From a virus (Duplodnaviria > Caudoviricetes), in IMG/VR virus record IMGVR_UViG_3300025694_000018, positions 1-31,447 of that record: DNA of 31,447 bases; one strand, given 5' to 3'. Position numbers and translations under genes: made by a program. The notes under the pieces are model-generated. The model did not search any database, was not told where the DNA came from, and worked only from the letters and a program-made list of their open reading frames with translations. Position 1 is the first letter of the stretch. Every line of letters starts with the position of its first letter. Of the stretch, positions 15,565 through 24,672 are shown piece after piece.

Positions 15565-18500
15565 ATGGTTGAATTCACTTCCCAAGTAGACGCTTTGTTT
15601 CCCGAACTAACTTCTGAAACAACCAAACAAACAGATAAAGATACTGCAAAACTATTTGGTAGAGACGTAGGAGTAAGTAGTCTAGGCTCTTTCTTTGCTG
15701 GTATAGGTTCTGGTTTATTCAAAATACCAGAAGGTTTTGTTTCTATTGGAGCTAACTTAATAGATTTAGGTGCAGACACAAACACAGCAGAAAAAGTAGA
15801 AACATTTTTTGCAGATATAAATCCTTTTGATGAATATGCAGAAGCAACTACTGCAGGTAAGATAAGTGAAATTTTAACTAATCTAGCTATACCGGTAGGT
15901 GTTGCAGGTAAGATTGCAAGCACTGCAACTAAAGGCGCACTTGCTGCAAAGAAATCAGGTAACTATTTTAAGTTATTAGATTCAGATGGTTTACCTATTT
16001 TAGAAGGTTTAAAAAAAGGACAAAAAATAAAAGATGCCGGTAGACTAGCGCAGCTTAATAGAAAAGGTCAGGCGCTACAATTAGGTGCAACAGGTTTGGC
16101 CAGCGGTGTAGCGGAATCTATATTTGTTTCCGACCCTGATAAAGTAGGTACCTTTGGAGATTTATTTGATGTAGGTCCAACGAAATTAGAAAGAGGAGAT
16201 GATTATGATCCTAGTAGAGAATTATATAATAGATTAAAACTTGGAATAGAAGGTGCTGCATTTACAGGTATATTAAGTTTAGCAGGTTCAGGTGTTAAAA
16301 AATTAGCAGACTCTAGTAAAGCAGGTAGAGTTGCGCAAGATAAAATAGGTAGAGCTTTAGACTATGTATCACAAAGATTAAGACCACGTAGTGGTAAGAA
16401 CCCTCAATACTTTACAGATGAAATGGCATTTAAAGGAATGTTAGATGGTGATTTAAATAGAGCTCAAAATATTGCATTTAAATTAGACGACCAAATAGAT
16501 TCTGTTATTCCATTTTTAGATAGAGCTAATATATTTTCTGGTAAAGCCTCTGCTTCTCAAACTGCAATAGCTAAACAATTAGGTAAAACTTTAGTATCTG
16601 GTTTAGATGAAAAAAGTATTGTGTTTGGAAAAACAAATGCAATTAATCCAAGAACAGGAGCAATTGCTCCAGACCCAACAGATTTTAATAGATTAAAAAA
16701 TTTATATATTAAAGAAGGTTTGTCTGAAGGAGATGCTATTAAAAAAGCTACTAAAGAAGCTAAACCAGAAGAAATTTTAAGAGTTGTTCTTCCTAAAATT
16801 AATCCAAATGAAGCTTCTAAATCAATTAATTTAATTAATCAAGAAGCTAAAAAATTTGGTAAAACAATTCCTAAAGCAGAACAAAAAGCTTTTATAGATA
16901 CATTAGAAGAAATGAGAGAAGGGTGGGGAGATTTACTTTCTATAGAAGGAAGATCTTTAGATATTACAAAACCTAAACGATTTGTTAAAGGAAAAGTAAA
17001 ATCAGGTCCTTCTGTGTTTGATAGATGGAAAAAATTATTACCACAAACATTAGAAGAAAGATTAGATAGTGGTTATAAAGTATTTAAAAATAATCCTATA
17101 AAACTAGCAGACAATCTTGCTCCTGCAAAAGAATTAATAAAACTAGAAGAAAAAAATATAATAAAAATAGCAGAAAATTTACCTACTCCTGTTAAAATTT
17201 CTAATCAAGAAGCAAAAAAAATAGTAGCTGATATTTATCAATCAGCTTTTATAGATAGAAAAATTCCTTTATCAAACAAAGGAAATGTATTATTTAAAAT
17301 ACCTAATTATTTTGTAGATAAATCTTTTGCATCTAAAGCTGCTAAATATCCTAACAAACAACTAAAACAATTAACCCCTGATACACAAGCGTTAGCCAAA
17401 AGACTTTTAGGTAAAGATGAAAGTGCTATGTCTACAATATTAAACGGCACTAATATGTTATCTACAGTTATTAGAAGAGATGAATTTTATAGAAATTTAG
17501 CTAGAAATTCTAATGATATCAAAGTTGCAAGAGCAGCTAAAATAAACGAATTAATGAAACAAGGTATGTCTGCTGAAGAAGCTTCAGCTAAAGCTCCTAT
17601 TCAAACTTTTTTTGATACGGAAGAAGAATTAATAAAAGCAACTGGAGCTAAAACTGGAGATTATCGAAGAGTAGGAACTGTTTCTCAAAGAGGGGAAGAG
17701 GGTTTAGAACAAATAAATCCTTTAACAGATAGAAGTAAAGAAAGAATGTTATTAAAAGGAGAACTTGATCCTAAAACAGGTAGATCAGTATGGGAAGAAA
17801 CAGCCAATCAAACATTAAGAAAACCAAGTACTAGAAGTTTAATAAATGATTATGAAGCAGGTTTTGGTAGAAGACCTGGAGAATCCGTAAGTGAATATAT
17901 AGCGAGAAAAGGTAAAGATGAAGTGCTTGTTGATGTTGCTAGTATTAATCCTTTAACTGGTAAGTGGACATTAAAAGGAAATGCGGATGCTTTATATAAT
18001 GTAAATAAAAATATTATTGGTCCTGACAGTGGGTTTGCCGGCAGACTTTATACAAATGCAATTTTATATCCTAAAGCTACATCTCAAATGGCTAAAACTA
18101 TTCTCTCACCTTTTACCCATATGCGTAACTTTTTAAGTGCAGGAGCTTTTGCTACAGCCAATGGTCTTATACCTTTTATAGGTCCGGGTGAAGGAGCCGC
18201 AAGAAAAGCGTTAAGAGCTTTACAGTTAGGACCAAGAACTAAAGAAGGTAATGAAATTTATAGAGAGTTACTAGAAAGAGGTGTAGTAAATTCTCAAGTT
18301 CAATTAGCTGATTTAAAAGCTTTGTTAAAAGATATAGATTTTGGATCTACTCTAGGATCTATAAAAGCATTTAATAAATTAGCAAAAGGTTTATCAAGAA
18401 TAAAAAGATTTGCTCAAGATGCCTATACAGCTGAAGATGATTTTTGGAAAATATTTTCTTATTATAAAGAACAAGATAGATTATTTGCTGCATATGAAAA

Positions 18501-20046
18501 AGCAGGGATTGCTCAAGGAAACAACTTTGTAAATATGGCAGGTAATACTGTTAAATTTAATAGAGAAACTGTTGCTCAAGAAGCTGCTGCAATTGTTAGA
18601 AATAATATTCCAAACTATGCTTATGTTTCTGATTTTGTAAAAGGATTAAGACAGTATCCTGTTGGAAACTTTGTATCATTTCCTGCAGAAATTATGAGAA
18701 CAGGAACTAATATTGTTAAAAGAGGTTTAGATGAAATATTTTATTCTGTAAAAGTAGGAAAAGATACTGTTAATCCTTTAAGAACAATCGGTCTTACAAG
18801 ATTACTTGGAATGGGAGTTACTACTAGTGCTGTTCCTTATGCTGCTGTGTCTGCAGGTCAAGCGCTTTATGATATTAGTAGAGATGAGTTAGAAGCTATA
18901 AGAAGATATGTACCTAAATGGTCTAAAAATTCTACATTAATACCTTTAAAAGGGGATGATGGTAAATTTAAATACATAGATTTTTCTCATATGAATGCAT
19001 ATGATACTTTAACAAGACCTATTCAGACGGTTATTAATAGAGTCCAATCAGGCGAACAAGATAAAGATGGTATTATGGATGATTTTATTTTAGGTTTATT
19101 TGAATCTACAAAAGAATTAGCAGATCCATTTATTACAGAATCTATTTGGACAGAAGCATTAGCTGATATTTATATGAGAGGCGGAGAAACAAGAGATGGT
19201 TTTAGAGTTTATAATGAAAATGATTCTGCAGGTAATCAAATTTATAATAGTTTAGCTCACCTAATAAAAGCTCAAGCTCCACTTAACTGGCAACAATTAA
19301 AAAGACTTAATATGTCTTTAAAACCAGAAGATAATTTAGGAAGATTTAGTAAAGGTGGTAAAGAATATGAATTTGGAAACGAACTAGCAGGTATTATTGG
19401 AGCAAGAGCTGTTGAAATAGATCCTGCAAACTCTATTAAATATAAGGTTGCAGATTATTCAAGAGGAACTAGAAATTCAAAAGCCTTGTTTACTGCAGCA
19501 ATGTTAAAAGGGGGTCCAGTAACACCAGAAGAAATATTTGATGCTTACATTAATGCTAACAAAGCTTTATATAAAGTACAAAAAACTATGTCAGATGATA
19601 TTAAAGCTGCTCAAACTTTAGGTTTGAATGAAGATCAATTATATACTGAAGTTGCGGAAAGAATAGGTGGACCAAATTTTGGATATTTATCAGAAGGTTT
19701 ATTTAGACCTATGAAAATTAGTACTGGAAGTTTTATTGGTTTTCAAGAGATAGCGGACCAATTAGGAATAGCTAATCCAATAGAATATGTAATTGATTCT
19801 ATAGAAGAGTTAAGAGCATCATTAAGTGAGTATTCATTAACTAATGAAAATATTCCAGACATAAAAAATCCTTTTAAAAATTTACCTAAACCTGATTTAG
19901 GGAACACACCTGTGGGACAACTACCACCATTAGTATCAGGAGCCACTCCTTCTGTAGTAAATGCTAATGCTCAATATGGTAGTGTTCCATTTACATCATT
20001 ACCTCAAGATCAAAAAGAAGCAGCAATAGATAGACTATTCGATTAA
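15565..20046 (+). CDS. Large internal virion/ejection protein (1493 aa)
   Basis: SD AGGAGG 15555-15560; last and largest gene of the structural block; helical, with KTILSPFTHMRNF, AYTAEDDFWK and NIPNY...GNFVSFPAEIMR. Position and size match podoviral large ejection proteins. Confidence 0.65.
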   Translation: MVEFTSQVDALFPELTSETTKQTDKDTAKLFGRDVGVSSLGSFFAGIGSGLFKIPEGFVSIGANLIDLGADTNTAEKVETFFADINPFDEYAEATTAGKISEILTNLAIPVGVAGKIASTATKGALAAKKSGNYFKLLDSDGLPILEGLKKGQKIKDAGRLAQLNRKGQALQLGATGLASGVAESIFVSDPDKVGTFGDLFDVGPTKLERGDDYDPSRELYNRLKLGIEGAAFTGILSLAGSGVKKLADSSKAGRVAQDKIGRALDYVSQRLRPRSGKNPQYFTDEMAFKGMLDGDLNRAQNIAFKLDDQIDSVIPFLDRANIFSGKASASQTAIAKQLGKTLVSGLDEKSIVFGKTNAINPRTGAIAPDPTDFNRLKNLYIKEGLSEGDAIKKATKEAKPEEILRVVLPKINPNEASKSINLINQEAKKFGKTIPKAEQKAFIDTLEEMREGWGDLLSIEGRSLDITKPKRFVKGKVKSGPSVFDRWKKLLPQTLEERLDSGYKVFKNNPIKLADNLAPAKELIKLEEKNIIKIAENLPTPVKISNQEAKKIVADIYQSAFIDRKIPLSNKGNVLFKIPNYFVDKSFASKAAKYPNKQLKQLTPDTQALAKRLLGKDESAMSTILNGTNMLSTVIRRDEFYRNLARNSNDIKVARAAKINELMKQGMSAEEASAKAPIQTFFDTEEELIKATGAKTGDYRRVGTVSQRGEEGLEQINPLTDRSKERMLLKGELDPKTGRSVWEETANQTLRKPSTRSLINDYEAGFGRRPGESVSEYIARKGKDEVLVDVASINPLTGKWTLKGNADALYNVNKNIIGPDSGFAGRLYTNAILYPKATSQMAKTILSPFTHMRNFLSAGAFATANGLIPFIGPGEGAARKALRALQLGPRTKEGNEIYRELLERGVVNSQVQLADLKALLKDIDFGSTLGSIKAFNKLAKGLSRIKRFAQDAYTAEDDFWKIFSYYKEQDRLFAAYEKAGIAQGNNFVNMAGNTVKFNRETVAQEAAAIVRNNIPNYAYVSDFVKGLRQYPVGNFVSFPAEIMRTGTNIVKRGLDEIFYSVKVGKDTVNPLRTIGLTRLLGMGVTTSAVPYAAVSAGQALYDISRDELEAIRRYVPKWSKNSTLIPLKGDDGKFKYIDFSHMNAYDTLTRPIQTVINRVQSGEQDKDGIMDDFILGLFESTKELADPFITESIWTEALADIYMRGGETRDGFRVYNENDSAGNQIYNSLAHLIKAQAPLNWQQLKRLNMSLKPEDNLGRFSKGGKEYEFGNELAGIIGARAVEIDPANSIKYKVADYSRGTRNSKALFTAAMLKGGPVTPEEIFDAYINANKALYKVQKTMSDDIKAAQTLGLNEDQLYTEVAERIGGPNFGYLSEGLFRPMKISTGSFIGFQEIADQLGIANPIEYVIDSIEELRASLSEYSLTNENIPDIKNPFKNLPKPDLGNTPVGQLPPLVSGATPSVVNANAQYGSVPFTSLPQDQKEAAIDRLFD

Positions 20047-20048
20047 TT

Positions 20049-20243
20049 ATGGCAATAGAACCCAAAACAACCAGAGAACACATTTTATCTTTATACGGAC
20101 ACATTTCAGGTGTTAAGAAAAATTTAAAACACGTACACGAGGATGTAGAAAAATTGGGCGGTAAGATAGATAAAGTCTATTGGGTTCTTTTAGCAGCAGC
20201 GGGAACTGCTGCACTCTTCGCCATAGAAAAAATCATTAACTAG
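20049..20243 (+). CDS. Small coiled-coil + C-terminal TM protein (holin-like candidate)
   Basis: HVHEDVEKLGGKIDKVYW followed by hydrophobic VLLAAAGTAALFAI; directly upstream of the endolysin. Confidence 0.55.
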   Translation: MAIEPKTTREHILSLYGHISGVKKNLKHVHEDVEKLGGKIDKVYWVLLAAAGTAALFAIEKIIN

Positions 20244-20253
20244 GAGAAAAATT

Positions 20254-20739
20254 ATGCAGTTGAGTAAACACTTTACTTTAAGAGAGATGACCAATTCGAT
20301 GACCGCGCAGCGTAAGGGCATAGATAACACACCAGGATCAGGAGAGATTAAAAGTTTAGGTGATCTGTGTTATGAGGTGCTTGAGCCGCTACGTGCGTGG
20401 GCAGACAAACCTGTGACCATCACCAGCGGATACCGGAGCGAGGCGCTGTGTGAAGCGATCGGTAGCAAAAAGACATCGCAGCACGCGAAGGGCCAGGCGG
20501 TCGACCTAGAAATATTTGGCGTACCCAACATTAAGACAGCTTACTGGCTACAAAATAACGTTGACTTTGATCAGCTGATTATGGAGTACTTTGATCCTGA
20601 AGATCCTGCAGGCGGATGGGTCCACATAAGTTATCACGAATCAAATTCAAATAGAAAACAAGTTCTTACTTTTGACGGAAAAAAATATACTGAAGGTCTT
20701 CCAGATATGGAATGGAAAGACGGCAAAGTTGTAGGTTAA
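20254..20739 (+). CDS. Peptidase M15A endolysin
   Basis: MQLSKHFTLREM, ITSGYRS, SQHAKGQAVD (His, Asp Zn ligands), WVHIS (His); SD AGGAG. Confidence 0.9.
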   Translation: MQLSKHFTLREMTNSMTAQRKGIDNTPGSGEIKSLGDLCYEVLEPLRAWADKPVTITSGYRSEALCEAIGSKKTSQHAKGQAVDLEIFGVPNIKTAYWLQNNVDFDQLIMEYFDPEDPAGGWVHISYHESNSNRKQVLTFDGKKYTEGLPDMEWKDGKVVG

Positions 20740-20942
20740 CGACACATACAGCCAATAAAACTACCACTACCATCATTCATTATATGTAAGTTTAAACTAT
20801 CTACATAACCTGTAAGTTTAAGTCTTAAAATATCACACAAAGCAAAACAATCTACTTCAGCAGTTATAGCAATACCTTCCATTATCTTTTTTGTAACAGG
20901 TATCAATTGATACAAACCATCATTTAAAATGATTAGTTCCAT
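20736..20942 (-). CDS. Hypothetical protein (68 aa)
   Basis: TAATG coupling to the upstream minus-strand gene; Cys-containing (DCFALC, GCMC). Confidence 0.65.
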   Translation of the reverse strand: MELIILNDGLYQLIPVTKKIMEGIAITAEVDCFALCDILRLKLTGYVDSLNLHIMNDGSGSFIGCMCR

Positions 20943-21376
20943 TAAATCTCGTGGCCCATATCTAAAGTTAACATATAAACTTTTTTAGGAACTTTTTCTG
21001 GATTGTCTACAAAAGTATATTTATTCATATTCTTAACAATAGGTTCTGGAAGTTTATTATCTTTTACCATTTCAGATATGTTCCATTCCCATATTTTATC
21101 ATTATAAAATTTATTTTGATAAAGAAATATTATGTTATGTTTTTGAGCTATCTCTATATTTTTTTTCATCTTGTCTTCTTGTAGAATAAAATTTGGAAAT
21201 GTATTGTGATTACAATTTCTTTTTTTAAATTCTACTATCTTACTCCAATTCCAAAAATCAAAAGATTTCATTTCCTCGGGAACCAAGCGAAGTTTATCAT
21301 CCTGGTACTCCGGTTTATTGTTTAAATATTCTATTTGTTTCTTTCTATCGTAGTCGTCGTTTTGATTAAATCTCAT
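20942..21376 (-). CDS. Putative PD-(D/E)XK-fold nuclease (144 aa)
   Basis: SFDF...IVEFKKRN (D...ExK) followed by ILQEDK; coupled to the SNF2 gene by TAATG. Confidence 0.5.
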   Translation of the reverse strand: MRFNQNDDYDRKKQIEYLNNKPEYQDDKLRLVPEEMKSFDFWNWSKIVEFKKRNCNHNTFPNFILQEDKMKKNIEIAQKHNIIFLYQNKFYNDKIWEWNISEMVKDNKLPEPIVKNMNKYTFVDNPEKVPKKVYMLTLDMGHEI

Positions 21377-22809
21377 TATATCCAGTCTCTTAACTCCTCT
21401 CCCATTACTTGTGTTGCTATATTTATTTTCTTACGCAGTGCCTTACGGATCTTTTCATCTACAGTTTTTGGTGCTATAAGATCAACGTATGTTACTGATT
21501 TTTTCTGACCTATTCTATGTGCTCTATCTTCTGATTGTAATCTTTTTTCTAGATCATAACCATTGGAATAATAAATAACATTACTCGCAGCGGTTAAAGT
21601 AATACCATAACCACCGGTCTGGGGATTACCAATAAAGAATCGCGCTTTAGAATTTGGATCTTGAAACTTCTTAATATTATCTTGTCTTTTTTCAGAATCA
21701 ATTGCACCATAGTATTGAACAATAGAATCATCACCATACTCATCATTAATCGCGTTAACGATTTGTTTAATATCATATACATAGTTGGCCCAGATAATAA
21801 CTTTACCTTCTACTTCATCAAGGACTTCTAGTAATGCTTTGATTCTATTACTCTTTACTTCAGTAATACTACCATCATCATTCTTTAAATGACCACAAGT
21901 GATCTGATGTAGTCGCATCATTTGTGTTAATACGTGAGGCGCTGTGGCCATCTTACCTTTTAGAGAAGCAAGGGCCGCGGATTTCATAGTCGCGTAAGCT
22001 TTAGTTTGTTCTTCTGTTAATTCTACTTGTCTTTCAACATAAGTTTTAGGAGGTAAATCTAGACAGTCTTCTTTCAAACAACGATAAGAAAACTTCTTTA
22101 ATATCTCTGATAACTCATCAAGACGTTGATATCCTGTAGGTATTTGTACTCTACGTCCACCAAAATTTCTATCTACCATAATTGCATATCTATTTCTGTA
22201 AGAATAAAAGGAACCGAATCCTAATAGTTCTTCATCAAGAAAACCACATTGCGTGTATAAATCCAAGGGACTTTTTGTCACAGGGGAACCTGTAAGAATT
22301 CTTCTGTATTTAGCGTGCTTACCTAGATTGCAAATAGATTTAGTTCTTTTTGCACTAGGTGTTTTTATGGTAGTTGACTCATCGACAGCCATAAGAGTCT
22401 TGTGGCAATTAATAAACTTTGCGGCAAACTCAAGGCCCTTTTTTGTCGAAAATGCTTCTACATTCATTACAAGGATGTGAAGGTCATAGTCTACTTTAAA
22501 TAATTGTTGATACTCTTTATCCTTTGTTTTAGATGTAGCCGCAGTCCATAATACCGTTTTATGATCTATGTGACTAGCTAAATGATTTGGTATTTCTTGT
22601 GAATACCAGTTTCTGTAAACACCTTTTGGTGCTATAATTAACGCCCCATTTATTTTACCTTTATCATACAGCATAGCCATATTGTCGACTAATACTTTTG
22701 ATTTACCTGTACCCATTTCCATAAAATATGCGTACTCTTTTTTATTCCACGATTTTTCCAATGCAGTTATTTGATGTGCATAGGGTTTAGTTTTAAATTT
22801 ATATTTCAT
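21376..22809 (-). CDS. SNF2-family (SF2) helicase/ATPase, 477 aa
   Basis: PYAHQ (Q motif), MEMGTGKS (I), VDES (II), LTGSP (III), GGYGITLT, QSEDRAHRIGQ (VI). Start placed at MKYKFK (22809); the longer ORF-track start overlaps the divergent gene. Confidence 0.92.
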   Translation of the reverse strand: MKYKFKTKPYAHQITALEKSWNKKEYAYFMEMGTGKSKVLVDNMAMLYDKGKINGALIIAPKGVYRNWYSQEIPNHLASHIDHKTVLWTAATSKTKDKEYQQLFKVDYDLHILVMNVEAFSTKKGLEFAAKFINCHKTLMAVDESTTIKTPSAKRTKSICNLGKHAKYRRILTGSPVTKSPLDLYTQCGFLDEELLGFGSFYSYRNRYAIMVDRNFGGRRVQIPTGYQRLDELSEILKKFSYRCLKEDCLDLPPKTYVERQVELTEEQTKAYATMKSAALASLKGKMATAPHVLTQMMRLHQITCGHLKNDDGSITEVKSNRIKALLEVLDEVEGKVIIWANYVYDIKQIVNAINDEYGDDSIVQYYGAIDSEKRQDNIKKFQDPNSKARFFIGNPQTGGYGITLTAASNVIYYSNGYDLEKRLQSEDRAHRIGQKKSVTYVDLIAPKTVDEKIRKALRKKINIATQVMGEELRDWI

Positions 22810-22829
22810 AATTATTTTCTTCTTTCTAG

Positions 22830-22866
22830 TTGACAAGTATATAAAGCCTATGGTAAAGGTTGTCAA
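22830..22866. promoter_or_regulatory. Overlapping divergent-operon promoters
   Basis: + strand TTGACA 22830-22835 with TGG-TAAAGG at 22851-22859; - strand TTGACA 22866-22861, 17 nt, TATATA(CT) 22843-22836. Confidence 0.65.
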
Positions 22867-22876
22867 GAAATAAGAA

Positions 22877-23275
22877 ATGAAAAATAAAATATTTGAATTG
22901 TACAAACCTAATTCCTTACAGGAGTTTTTAGAATTTTATAAAAACAACCCTGAAGAGAAATTTGTTTATGTGATTCAACAACCAGCGCCTAATATAAATA
23001 TATTAAGTGCGTCTGATTTTGGTTATCTTGTAATATGTTTGCCTAACAGAGACCAGGCAATATTATCTACTGCACCTTATGTACAGAAGATGAAAAAGAA
23101 TTTACAAGATTTTCGAAAGCACGATTATTTACTAGCAGTAGGAGATCCTGTAATTATAGGTATATCAACTGCAGCAGTAAGTGAAGTGACAGCAGGACAA
23201 TTTAATATGTTGAAATGGGACAAAAGAGAATATAGATACTATCCTCTAGAAGTAGATATGTATCAGAAAGGATAA
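22877..23275 (+). CDS. Hypothetical protein (132 aa)
   Basis: FVYVIQ...NILSASDFG...DYLLAVGDP...LKWD...YYP; first gene of the replication operon; alpha/beta-like pattern. Confidence 0.75.
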   Translation: MKNKIFELYKPNSLQEFLEFYKNNPEEKFVYVIQQPAPNINILSASDFGYLVICLPNRDQAILSTAPYVQKMKKNLQDFRKHDYLLAVGDPVIIGISTAAVSEVTAGQFNMLKWDKREYRYYPLEVDMYQKG

Positions 23276-23276
23276 T

Positions 23277-23837
23277 ATGAGTGAAGTAAGAAATATGATG
23301 TTAGAAGATTCAAAAGATCTTTTAGACAATGTTGAAGCGTCAACAGTTGCACAAGAATGTGTAAAGTTAAAACAAAAAGAAGATGAGATTGCAGCATTAG
23401 AAGAGCAACTCAAATCTAAAAAAGCAGAGGCTGATGATATCAGTTCTCGTGTCATACCAGAATTATTACAGGAACAAGGACTATCAGAATTAAAGTTAGC
23501 TGATGGTTCCAAAGTCGCTGTGAAAAAAGAATATAGATGCACTCTTCCTAAAGATGAAGATAAGAGATCGCAATGCTATAAATGGCTTCGTGACCAAGGT
23601 TTGGGGGACATTATTAAAAACAATGTCTTCGTTACTTTTGGAAAGGGAGAAGATGACAAGGCGGAGCAATTGCTCAACCTTGCGGCAGAGAATGGTTTTC
23701 AACCACAACAGAAATCTGATGTGGCTTGGATGACATTGACTGCCCTATTTAGGGAGCGTATCGAGTCCGGGCTCGATATGCCTTCCGATGTCTTTAGTAC
23801 TTGGATTAAAGACAAAACTAAAATCACCCGGAAATAA
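23277..23837 (+). CDS. Conserved phage replication-module protein (coiled-coil N-terminus)
   Basis: SD AAGGA; coiled coil then IPELL...LKLADG...WLRDQGLGDIIKN...TL.A..RERIE.G. Confidence 0.75.
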   Translation: MSEVRNMMLEDSKDLLDNVEASTVAQECVKLKQKEDEIAALEEQLKSKKAEADDISSRVIPELLQEQGLSELKLADGSKVAVKKEYRCTLPKDEDKRSQCYKWLRDQGLGDIIKNNVFVTFGKGEDDKAEQLLNLAAENGFQPQQKSDVAWMTLTALFRERIESGLDMPSDVFSTWIKDKTKITRK

Positions 23838-23854
23838 CTATTGGAGAATGTATA

Positions 23855-24625
23855 ATGGCTAATGAAATAAAAGCTAAACAAGACACATCACTAGCGTTGT
23901 TTGGTGATGACGTATCCAAAGGTTTTGAGAATATGACGCAAGAAGATATGGCGTTACCATTTGTCAGAATCTTGGGACAACTATCACCGCAGGTAACTGA
24001 AGGTGATGCAAAGTATATAGAGGGTGCCAAACCTGGTATGATCTATAATACTGTTACCAGCGAGTTATACGATGGTAAAAAAGGTATCAAGATAATTCCT
24101 TGCTACTACAAAAAAGATTATCCAGAATGGTCGGATAGAGGGGACGGACCAGGTGCTCCGGTTGCAGTTCACCTACCGAACAGTCCGGTAATCACAACAG
24201 GTAAGAGAGATGGCTCAAAGATTAGATTGCCTAACGGTAATTATCTTGAAGAGACAGCTTCTTACTACGTAATGATTGAGACAAAAACAGGGGGTTATAC
24301 TCCTGCTTTGATTACTATGAAATCAACTCAATTAAATGTCAGTAAAAAATGGAATTCTATGATGAAAACCATACAAATTGCTGACGGCAAGGGTGGATTT
24401 GCTATCCCTCCTATGCACGGTGTTGTCTATAATCTAGCTTCTACCTTACAAAAGAACGATAAAGGTTCTTGGTATGGTTGGGTTGTGACACAGGACAGAA
24501 TTTTAGGACAAGAAGATAAGTCTTTGTACTTAAGTGCAAAAGATTTTTCTGGAAATGTATCTAAAGGGAACGTTCAAACAAAAGCTGATGTGGAAGAGAA
24601 AGTACAGGATTCAACTCCGTACTAA
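23855..24625 (+). CDS. Putative single-stranded DNA-binding protein
   Basis: Position before the primase, aromatic-rich core (KGSWYGW), acidic/aromatic C-terminal tail (EEKVQDSTPY), followed by a terminator as expected for a highly expressed gene. Confidence 0.55.
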   Translation: MANEIKAKQDTSLALFGDDVSKGFENMTQEDMALPFVRILGQLSPQVTEGDAKYIEGAKPGMIYNTVTSELYDGKKGIKIIPCYYKKDYPEWSDRGDGPGAPVAVHLPNSPVITTGKRDGSKIRLPNGNYLEETASYYVMIETKTGGYTPALITMKSTQLNVSKKWNSMMKTIQIADGKGGFAIPPMHGVVYNLASTLQKNDKGSWYGWVVTQDRILGQEDKSLYLSAKDFSGNVSKGNVQTKADVEEKVQDSTPY

Positions 24626-24633
24626 TAAAAATG

Positions 24634-24657
24634 AGGGGGAAGGCAACTTCCCCCTTT
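24634..24657 (+). terminator. Rho-independent terminator-like hairpin with GNRA loop
   Basis: AGGGGGAAG-GCAA-CTTCCCCCT followed by a short TT tail, just after the SSB-like stop. Confidence 0.75.
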
Positions 24658-24672
24658 ACAAAGAAAAAAGAA

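Noticed and set aside
22810-22905. ORF-track N-terminal extension of the SNF2 helicase
   Set aside because: Overlaps the divergent gene and both promoters; the helicase-like sequence begins at MKYKFK (22809).
24631-24672. ORF-track primase start at 24631
   Set aside because: Runs through the terminator hairpin and has no SD; 24673 or 24679 is more plausible.
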